From Candidatus Levyibacteriota bacterium (GTDB lineage Bacteria; Patescibacteriota; Microgenomatia; Levybacterales; UBA12049), in NCBI GenBank assembly GCA_003152105.1, contig PLZJ01000002.1, positions 172,257 to 236,256 of the forward strand: 64,000 bases of DNA, in the 5' to 3' direction. This document shows positions 56,936-64,000 of the stretch, in pieces. The translations under genes and the position numbers were made by a program. Each line of letters starts with the position of its first letter. Positions within the stretch are counted from its first letter, which is position 1. The notes under the pieces were generated by a model. The model did not search any database, was not told the origin of the DNA, and saw nothing but the letters and a program-made list of their open reading frames with translations.

Positions 56936-56995
56936 ACTCTAATATTTTTCTTACAATTGTCTTACTTATGTAGCTTCAGGTGATATAATACCATT

Positions 56996-57541
56996 ATGGG
57001 GCAAAGTAAGAGCAATAAAATACAATTTGAAGCAAAACTTATTACAATCAAAACGTGGACAATTCTTAAATTACCAAAAGAGGCAAGTATTAAGCTTCCA
57101 TCTCGTGCTTTAACAATGGTTAAGGGAATTATTAATGGTATTCCTTTCCAGGAAGCACTTGAGCCAGATGGTAAGGGAAGTCATTGGTTTAAAATCGACG
57201 ATTCGCTACAGAAGGCAACTAAAATTAAAGCAGGAGATAATGTAAAAGTTGAAATAGAAGCATCTAAAGAATGGGTAGAGCCTGAAATACCAGAGGATTT
57301 GAAGAAGGCTCTTTTAACCTCAAAAAAAGCAGCAGATTTGTGGAAGGATATCACTCCCAATGCAAGGTGGGATTGGGTTCGCTGGATACGCGCAGTTAAA
57401 ACTACAGAAACTCGTCAAAAGCATATTCAGGTTGCGCTTTCGAAACTAAATAAAGGTATGAGAAGACCATGTTGTTTTAATCGCAATCTTTGTAGTGAGC
57501 CTTTTGTGTCACACAACTGGGTGCTTTTGGATCAAGTCTAA
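56996..57541 (+). CDS. DUF1905 / YdeI-OmpD-associated family protein
   Basis: N-terminal FEAKLITIKTWTILKLPKEASIKLPSRALTMVKGIINGIPFQ typical of DUF1905. Confidence 0.45.
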   Translation: MGQSKSNKIQFEAKLITIKTWTILKLPKEASIKLPSRALTMVKGIINGIPFQEALEPDGKGSHWFKIDDSLQKATKIKAGDNVKVEIEASKEWVEPEIPEDLKKALLTSKKAADLWKDITPNARWDWVRWIRAVKTTETRQKHIQVALSKLNKGMRRPCCFNRNLCSEPFVSHNWVLLDQV

Positions 57542-57657
57542 ACTGCAAACGGTTTCTTTGTATTTTTATTCTCTTTATATTAATTGATCCTTAGAAATAT
57601 GATTCATAGTAGCGTAGCCAGCTTTATTAACTTAGATTCAGATGCAGATGATATAAT

Positions 57658-58065
57658 GTGGGTATGGATGATTGCATATTTTGTAAAATAATAAAAAAAG
57701 AAGCTCCTGCTCTGATTATTGATGAGAATGAGGATTTAATAGTCATTTTATCCTTAGAAAATCATCCATTAATAATAACAAAGAAGCATTTTGATAATAT
57801 CTACCATTTAGACGATAAAGTTGCTAGTGCAATTATGATTGAGGCAGTAAAAATTGCTAAAGCAGTTAAGAATGGATTAGATGCTGAAGGCGTGAATCTT
57901 GTTCAATCAAATGAAAAGGCAGCAAAACAGGATGTATTCCATTTCCATTTACATGTTAAGCCTAGATGGCATAAAGATTCAGTAGTACTTAATTGGAATG
58001 GTAAAACAGTAGAGACTGATAAAAGGATATTTACGCAAGAAAAAATAAAAAAACAACTTAAATAA
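57658..58065 (+). CDS. HIT-family hydrolase
   Basis: Histidine triad FHFHLHV. Confidence 0.7.
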   Translation: MGMDDCIFCKIIKKEAPALIIDENEDLIVILSLENHPLIITKKHFDNIYHLDDKVASAIMIEAVKIAKAVKNGLDAEGVNLVQSNEKAAKQDVFHFHLHVKPRWHKDSVVLNWNGKTVETDKRIFTQEKIKKQLK

Positions 58066-58101
58066 CTACATTTCTGCGTAGATTTTTGCAACATTTCAAA
58101 T

Positions 58102-58536
58102 ATGAAAAAAATAGTTCTAATAGTATTTGTTTTATTAATAATTGGATATATAGCTTATCAGAACAGCACTTTGTTGTTACTTCGAATAATGACTTTGTTT
58201 ACTGGTTCATCTTCAAGTACTATTACGAGTTCAGGATCGTTGAGTCCTAAGCCTCCTTTTAAAGACGGAACATACATAGGAAATCCAGAGGACGCGTTTT
58301 ATGGTAATATTCAAGTTCAAACTGTTATATCTGCAGGAAAGATCGTCGATGTGCAATTTCTGCAATATCCAGGTGACAGAACGCGATCATTAGCTATAAA
58401 CACTTTGGCTATGCCTAACTTAAAACAAGAGGCGATACAAGCTCAAAGTGCAAACGTTGATATTATTTCTGGAGCAACTGATTCAAGCAATGCGTTTGTA
58501 CAATCTCTTTCATCCGCGCTTGCCAAATCAAAGTAG
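58102..58536 (+). CDS. secreted FMN-binding-domain protein
   Basis: N-terminal TM helix; DGTYIGNPEDAFYGNIQVQTVISAGKIVDVQF resembles the FMN_bind domain. Confidence 0.45.
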   Translation: MKKIVLIVFVLLIIGYIAYQNSTLLLLRIMTLFTGSSSSTITSSGSLSPKPPFKDGTYIGNPEDAFYGNIQVQTVISAGKIVDVQFLQYPGDRTRSLAINTLAMPNLKQEAIQAQSANVDIISGATDSSNAFVQSLSSALAKSK

Positions 58537-58583
58537 TTAATTAATATTCATTTCCAAGTTCAACAATTTGCTATAATCATAAT

Positions 58584-59312
58584 ATGAGTGAGCAACACAA
58601 TCCTGAGCATGTTTTTAACGAAAAAAAACGAATAGGAAAATTATCTCAAATTCGAGAATTAGTGTTTGGAGCACAAGATGGATTGCTTGTTCCACTTGGG
58701 GTGGTAACTTCTGTTGCAGGAGCATTTAATAATAATCATTTTGTTATTGTAGCAGGGATTTCAGAAGCGTTAGCTGGAGCATTTTCTATGGCAACTGGTG
58801 CGTATTTGTCATCTCAAGCAGAAAAACAGGTACATAATGCTGAAATCGCGAAAGAAACCAGCGCTATTTTAAAATATCCAAATGAAGAACATGAAGAAAT
58901 GGTTTTATTGTTTGAAAAAGAAGGAGTTTCAAATGATGACGCAAAAAAACTGACTGCAATTCTTTCAAAGCATAACGGCTCATTTACAACAACAATGATT
59001 CAAAAGGAGTTGGGACTCGATCCAGAACCTCCCGGTACTGCTATGGGTGATGCATTATATGTAGGATTATCATATCTTATAGCTGCTATCATACCTCTGG
59101 CTCCCTATTTTTTTACTTCAGGATTTAAAGCCATTGTTATTTCTATGCTGGCAACATTTGCAGCATTATTTATTATAGGATTTTTGAAAGGAAAACTTGC
59201 GTCTCTGCCCTATATTAGAAGTGGGCTTGAAGTATTGTTGGTAGGTGCAGGTGCAGGTATTGGTGGATACTTTTTAGGAACATTTCTTCCGAAGCTATTA
59301 CATCTAGAGTAG
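58584..59312 (+). CDS. VIT1/CCC1-family Fe/Mn transporter
   Basis: LVFGAQDGLLVPLGVVTSVAGA and C-terminal TM bundle. Confidence 0.6.
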   Translation: MSEQHNPEHVFNEKKRIGKLSQIRELVFGAQDGLLVPLGVVTSVAGAFNNNHFVIVAGISEALAGAFSMATGAYLSSQAEKQVHNAEIAKETSAILKYPNEEHEEMVLLFEKEGVSNDDAKKLTAILSKHNGSFTTTMIQKELGLDPEPPGTAMGDALYVGLSYLIAAIIPLAPYFFTSGFKAIVISMLATFAALFIIGFLKGKLASLPYIRSGLEVLLVGAGAGIGGYFLGTFLPKLLHLE

Positions 59313-59406
59313 AAATATCTACCCTGATAATTATATCCCATAGTATATAATCTCTTATATACATCAATTTTGTTACTTTTTGTTAACTTGAACTCAAACG
59401 ATCACT

Positions 59407-61188
59407 TTGGTACTATTGATCCATAAGTTTCAAACAATACTTCAAAGTATGATTCCATATATATTAATCGTTTTCGCTTTTTTAGCAGGATTAGTAACTA
59501 TATTAGCTCCATGTATTTGGCCAGTTTTACCAATTGTACTTTCTTCATCAATTGCAGGAGGAAAAGGTCATAAACGTCCCTTAGCGATTACTTTAGGAGT
59601 AATGTTGAGTTTTACTATATTTACATTGTCAATTTCTTATCTAGTTCGAATATTTCATTTTGATCCCAATATATTACGTTTTATTGCAGTTGTGGTGATA
59701 GCCTTTTTAGGATTAACTATGATTATTCCAGTCCTAGCAGTAAAATTTGAGATTTTGGTTTCTAAGCTCTCAAATATTTTTGGACAAAATACAAGCAAAA
59801 AAGGTTCAGGATTCTTGCCAGGTTTTATAACTGGACTTTCGCTTGGTATAGTATGGTCTCCTTGTGCGGGTCCTATCTTAGCAACTATAGCTACGCTTGC
59901 CGCAACAGGGCAAGTTACGTTTTCCGTAATTCTTATTACGCTTGCTTATGTAATAGGAGCAGGTATTCCTTTGTTTGCTTTTGCATATGGTGGTCAACAT
60001 TTTATCAAACGAGCAAGAGGTGTAAATAAGTATACTGGGATTATCCAGAAAATATTTGGGGTAGTAATGATTCTTGCTGCAATAGCGATATATACAAATT
60101 ATGATCAGATACTCCAATTAGAATTAATAAATGAATTTCCTATATTAGGTAGCGTAGTTAATGGGTTTGAAAGTAGCCAAGTAGTTACAGACCAATTAAA
60201 TAAGCTAAAGGGTATACAGACAACCTCTTCTAATACTACTGGATTATTTAATGCTAATACTCCAGCACCAGAATTTATAGGTATTGATAAATGGCTTAAT
60301 ACTAATAAGCCTATTACTACGGCAAGATTAAGAGGCAAAGTAGTACTTGTAGATTTTTGGACATATACTTGTATAAATTGCATTAGAACATTACCTCACG
60401 TGACTTCTTGGTATGACAAATATAAAAATCAGGGATTTGAGGTAATAGGAATTCATACACCAGAATTTCAATTTGAACATAATACGCAAAACGTACAGCA
60501 AGCAATTAAAATGTATAATATTCATTATCCGGTAGGTCAAGATAATGAATACGCAACTTGGAATAATTTTAGTAATGAATATTGGCCTGCAGAGTATCTT
60601 ATTGACGCAAAAGGTATTATTAGAAGAACCGAGTTTGGCGAGGGCGAATATGATCAAACAGAACTTGCAATACAAGCACTTTTAAAAGAGAATGGAGAGA
60701 AAATTACTTCAAAACTATCAAAAATGCCAGATGAAACTCCTTCTAATTCAATCTCACCTGAAACTTATCTTGGTTCTTCTCGCATGCAATATTATTATCC
60801 GGCCGGCAATTTAGGAAATGGGAGTAATAACTTCACTTTATCTAATAATTTGTCGCAAAATAGTTTTAGCATCGGAGGTTTATGGACTATAGAAAATGAG
60901 TTTGCTGTAGCAAATAATCATGCTTCCTTAAATTACAATTTTACGGCTGATAAGGTATACATTATTTTAAATCCAGGAGCAATTAAGCCTGGAATTGTAA
61001 GAATATTGTTTGATGGAAAACCAATCTCATCCAATGAGGCCGGGGCAGATGTTAATAATAGTCAGGTTAAAGTTGATTCTGATAGGCTATATTCAATCGT
61101 TGATTTACACGGCAAGTATGAGAACCATATTGTTACCTTAGAATTTCTTTCACAGGGTATTCAAGTTTTTACATTCACTTTCGGATAA
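59407..61188 (+). CDS. fused cytochrome c biogenesis CcdA/DsbD-like transmembrane domain + TlpA-like thioredoxin domain
   Basis: TM Cys pair (APCIWPV, SPCAGPI) and thioredoxin WTYTCINC motif. Confidence 0.65.
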   Translation: MVLLIHKFQTILQSMIPYILIVFAFLAGLVTILAPCIWPVLPIVLSSSIAGGKGHKRPLAITLGVMLSFTIFTLSISYLVRIFHFDPNILRFIAVVVIAFLGLTMIIPVLAVKFEILVSKLSNIFGQNTSKKGSGFLPGFITGLSLGIVWSPCAGPILATIATLAATGQVTFSVILITLAYVIGAGIPLFAFAYGGQHFIKRARGVNKYTGIIQKIFGVVMILAAIAIYTNYDQILQLELINEFPILGSVVNGFESSQVVTDQLNKLKGIQTTSSNTTGLFNANTPAPEFIGIDKWLNTNKPITTARLRGKVVLVDFWTYTCINCIRTLPHVTSWYDKYKNQGFEVIGIHTPEFQFEHNTQNVQQAIKMYNIHYPVGQDNEYATWNNFSNEYWPAEYLIDAKGIIRRTEFGEGEYDQTELAIQALLKENGEKITSKLSKMPDETPSNSISPETYLGSSRMQYYYPAGNLGNGSNNFTLSNNLSQNSFSIGGLWTIENEFAVANNHASLNYNFTADKVYIILNPGAIKPGIVRILFDGKPISSNEAGADVNNSQVKVDSDRLYSIVDLHGKYENHIVTLEFLSQGIQVFTFTFG

Positions 61189-61194
61189 TTAGAT

Positions 61195-61677
61195 ATGAAT
61201 ATACCTAAATTTATCCTTAAAACCCTGAAGAAGGCAGATGATTCAAAGCGCTTGTCTCAATTGCTAATATTGACTAGTTTTTTAATTACGTTTTCAATAA
61301 TTAGATTAGTAACACATCTGCAAAAAGCACATCTAATTCCTAATCAAAATGGCCCATTTCATATTCATCATATGGTTCCTGGCATTATTTCACTTCTAAT
61401 AAGCGGATATATAGGTTTATCTTTTTGGAAACATAAAAAAGTGCGATTCTATATGCCAATACTTTTTGGTATAGGCGCAGCGTTGACTATAGATGAATTT
61501 GCTCTTTGGTTATTCTTAAAAGATGTATATTGGGAAAAACAAGGCAGAGACAGTGTTGACGCAGTAATAATTGTAACGGTAATCCTTTCGCTAATTTATA
61601 TTGTAAGCGCAGTACATGATCATAATTTATTTAAAAATACGAAAAAAAGAGTAAATAAATCAATATTACACCATTAG
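61195..61677 (+). CDS. membrane protein
   Basis: 4 TM helices. Confidence 0.4.
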   Translation: MNIPKFILKTLKKADDSKRLSQLLILTSFLITFSIIRLVTHLQKAHLIPNQNGPFHIHHMVPGIISLLISGYIGLSFWKHKKVRFYMPILFGIGAALTIDEFALWLFLKDVYWEKQGRDSVDAVIIVTVILSLIYIVSAVHDHNLFKNTKKRVNKSILHH

Positions 61678-61694
61678 TGATGTATAATTAGTGA

Positions 61695-62330
61695 ATGCAA
61701 GATGAGTATATTTTAAAAACAATACGAGCATATAATAATAGCCCTCAAAAATACATACAAGCTACTAAAGATATGCTGCCCATTGTAGATTTAAATAAGT
61801 TTCTTCAATCCTTGGCTCCCAATTCGCTCATTTTAGATGCTGGTTGTGGATATGGAAGAGACACGAATTATATACTTCATCGTGGATTTAATGCAGCTGG
61901 TATAGATTTGTCAGAAAAACTCTTAGAAGAGGCAAATAAATTATATCCTGGAATATTATTTCAAAAAATGGATATTAGACAACTTCATTATCCGGAAAAT
62001 CATTTTGACGGAATTTGGTGTCATGCTGCATTACACCATTTAAACTTACCAGACATTAAAAAATCTTTACTTGAATTTCGCCGAGTGTTAAAAACAGGTG
62101 GCGTACTGTTTGTATCATTTAAAGAAGGAAATAATACTACGCAGGAAGTTGACGATAGCTTAACATGTTCTGATCCTAGATTCTATACGTTTCTCACCAG
62201 CGATATGTTGAGGAATATATTAATAGAAGTGGGTTTTAATGTTAAGGAAGTTGAAAAAGTTAATGAAAGATTGAGGTTTGGAAATGGCAAGCGGAATATA
62301 AATTGGATTCATGTATTAGCTAGTAAATAA
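61695..62330 (+). CDS. class I SAM-dependent methyltransferase
   Basis: Motif I LDAGCGYGRD; motif post-I DLSEKLL. Confidence 0.65.
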   Translation: MQDEYILKTIRAYNNSPQKYIQATKDMLPIVDLNKFLQSLAPNSLILDAGCGYGRDTNYILHRGFNAAGIDLSEKLLEEANKLYPGILFQKMDIRQLHYPENHFDGIWCHAALHHLNLPDIKKSLLEFRRVLKTGGVLFVSFKEGNNTTQEVDDSLTCSDPRFYTFLTSDMLRNILIEVGFNVKEVEKVNERLRFGNGKRNINWIHVLASK

Positions 62331-62399
62331 GTTAAAACTCTTACATAATTATAACAATTTTATTGCAGAACTATTAAATGTTGATAGTACAGTGAGGCT

Positions 62400-62738
62400 A
62401 TGTACACAGCAAGAGCTTTGCTTTTCTTAATAGACTTAATTTTTGGAATAATTGAGTTTGTGATAGGACTTCGAATACTATTTGAATTATTTAGCGCAAA
62501 TGCTTCTTCTCCAATAGTATCTTGGCTATATGCGGTCAGTCGGACGCTTCTTTACCCTTTTCAAGGAATCTTTCCTTCACCTGTGTTATCGGGAGGTTTT
62601 ATTCTCGATATGTCTGCAATAGTTGCGCTTTTAGCATATGCGCTACTAGCTTATTTTATAAGTGAATTGGTAAGATTTATAAATTATCATTCAATTCGCT
62701 ATAATAACACCGTGACTACAGTCGAAAAGAATACATAA
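62400..62738 (+). CDS. YggT-family membrane protein
   Basis: 112 aa, two TM helices, YggT-like N-terminus. Confidence 0.45.
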   Translation: MYTARALLFLIDLIFGIIEFVIGLRILFELFSANASSPIVSWLYAVSRTLLYPFQGIFPSPVLSGGFILDMSAIVALLAYALLAYFISELVRFINYHSIRYNNTVTTVEKNT

Positions 62739-62751
62739 TACAACACCAAAA

Positions 62752-63276
62752 TCATTTTCGTTTTTTGCCCAGCTTTTTATTATTTTGAACCTTTTTACTA
62801 AAATGCTTTAAGCTAACACCGATATCTGTTCCTATATAAACAAAGAGTACTATTACAAGACTCGTGCCTATAAACTGCCCAATTTTTCCAATTAGATTGA
62901 CTTGAGAATGGCAATATACAGCACTCGATATAAATGAAGTGTTAGTAGAAGTAAGAGTAAATAATAGCCCAAGAACAAATGAAATTAAAAGTAAAAGTTG
63001 GTTATATTTTTTTGATCTTTGCCAGAAATATTTTCGTATATGGATTCCATAAAATACAGAGAGCGGCATTGTGAAAACAACCAAAAAGGATATTAGTTGT
63101 AAACAGGGAGAAGTGATTGAATATAAAAAAGAATTTATCGAAATATAGGTTGTGTTTCCTATAAAGTATGTGCCAATGACGCCAAAAAATAAAAGCAAAA
63201 TTCTAATAATACTTAAATATAGTTCTAAGAAAATTGCCATACTTAAAGTATAGATATACTTAGGTATATGTGTCAA
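62752..63276 (-). CDS. membrane protein
   Basis: 5 TM helices, basic C-terminus. Confidence 0.4.
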   Translation of the reverse strand: MTHIPKYIYTLSMAIFLELYLSIIRILLLFFGVIGTYFIGNTTYISINSFLYSITSPCLQLISFLVVFTMPLSVFYGIHIRKYFWQRSKKYNQLLLLISFVLGLLFTLTSTNTSFISSAVYCHSQVNLIGKIGQFIGTSLVIVLFVYIGTDIGVSLKHFSKKVQNNKKLGKKRK

Positions 63277-63326
63277 ATAAGGATCTGGTTAGCGTAAAAA
63301 TAAGCTTTAGTATATAATGTTCATGG

Positions 63327-63920
63327 GTGCCATTCATGGAAGAAGAAGTTAGGCAACTTGAATCGAGAAAATTAATTTATAATAAATCGTCAGATGAAAT
63401 AATAGTTTCTCATGTGACAGTAAGGTTGAGCATCTCATTTTTATTATTAAAATTAGTTGTTTTAGATATCTTAACAACAATATGCTTCATTTTATATTAT
63501 TCGATCTTCTTAATTCCTAGTAAAGTAAGTGAAAATTTTGCCTTCGCACAATTGATCCCATTTATTATTCTCCTTATGCTAATTAAGATTAGTTTAACAA
63601 TCTTTGTAATAATGCAGTGGTTATTTGAATATTATGAAATTACCCCCAAAATGGTTATTTATAAAAAAGGAATAATTATCAAGAAAACTGAAAAATACAA
63701 AGTTGAACATCTTGGATTGGTTAAAATTGAGCAAAGTTTTCTTGGAAAACTACTTAACTACGGTACAATTAATCTTCACAATTGGATGCAGGGAAAAGAT
63801 CAAACAATGTTTCTAATTCATAACCCAATGAAATATATGCATATATTAGAAACTTTACTTCCTACTACTGATCAAGAACGAAAAATAATCAGAGAGCATA
63901 TTATCGATTACGAAGAATAG
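63327..63920 (+). CDS. bacterial PH-domain (YdbS/YdbT-like) membrane protein
   Basis: Two TM helices, then IYKKGIIIKKTEKYKVEHLGLVKIEQSFLGKLLNYGTINL typical of bPH_2. Confidence 0.5.
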   Translation: MPFMEEEVRQLESRKLIYNKSSDEIIVSHVTVRLSISFLLLKLVVLDILTTICFILYYSIFLIPSKVSENFAFAQLIPFIILLMLIKISLTIFVIMQWLFEYYEITPKMVIYKKGIIIKKTEKYKVEHLGLVKIEQSFLGKLLNYGTINLHNWMQGKDQTMFLIHNPMKYMHILETLLPTTDQERKIIREHIIDYEE

Positions 63921-64000
63921 ATGAAGCACACAAGCAAGCTTAAACTACAACCTTTTAACGGACCTTCATACAATGAATTTTTACACTATACATTGACTGA

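Noticed and set aside
1-64000. Alternative genetic code (UGA recoded, as in Gracilibacteria/Absconditabacteria)
   Set aside because: Well-supported genes terminate with TAA, TAG and TGA at expected lengths, and no in-frame TGA is needed to complete conserved proteins. The standard code fits.

Overview
Low-GC bacterial chromosome segment, apparently standard genetic code, with a gene repertoire reminiscent of Patescibacteria/CPR-like small genomes. The left third (1-22.4 kb) is core, origin-proximal chromosome: dnaN and dnaA on the minus strand with a perfect DnaA box between them; a divergent rpmH-rnpA-yidD-yidC-jag cluster (rpmH was missed by the ORF track); cell-envelope polysaccharide genes (O-antigen ligase-like, Wzx-like flippase, DUF4012-like giant protein); rnhA, valS, rplY, ruvCAB, dnaG-rpoD. 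A tRNA-Asn(GTT) at 22423-22494 is overlapped at its 3' end by the stop of a convergent large serine recombinase, which heads a ~8 kb island of hypothetical genes (to about 30.35 kb). From 30356 to about 52258 lies the standout feature: roughly 32 single-gene cassettes (HicAB toxin-antitoxin, APH-like kinase, GNAT acetyltransferases, P-loop kinases, a PRTase-like protein, a PLP-dependent enzyme, SIMPL, a TrmB-like regulator and many small secreted or membrane hypotheticals). Each cassette is separated from the next by a conserved ~27-28 nt direct repeat, consensus GGTTCTAACRTCCTCCACTCCTGCGAGC, always in the same orientation whichever strand the gene is on; 27 canonical copies plus degenerate or orphan remnants. 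Seven junctions carry a longer composite element (repeat plus a ~60 nt extension whose far arm, GGAGGAGACTAGGATTMGAAC, is an imperfect inverted copy of the repeat's 5' part and resembles the reverse complement of a tRNA T-arm and 3' end), giving an attC-like imperfect palindrome. This is an integron-like cassette array, but no tyrosine IntI is in the window and each cassette has its own TATAAT promoter. The array ends at a transposase gene disrupted by an IS3-family insertion (about 52.99-54.14 kb). The right end (54.2-64 kb) is ordinary chromosome with membrane, redox and methyltransferase genes.
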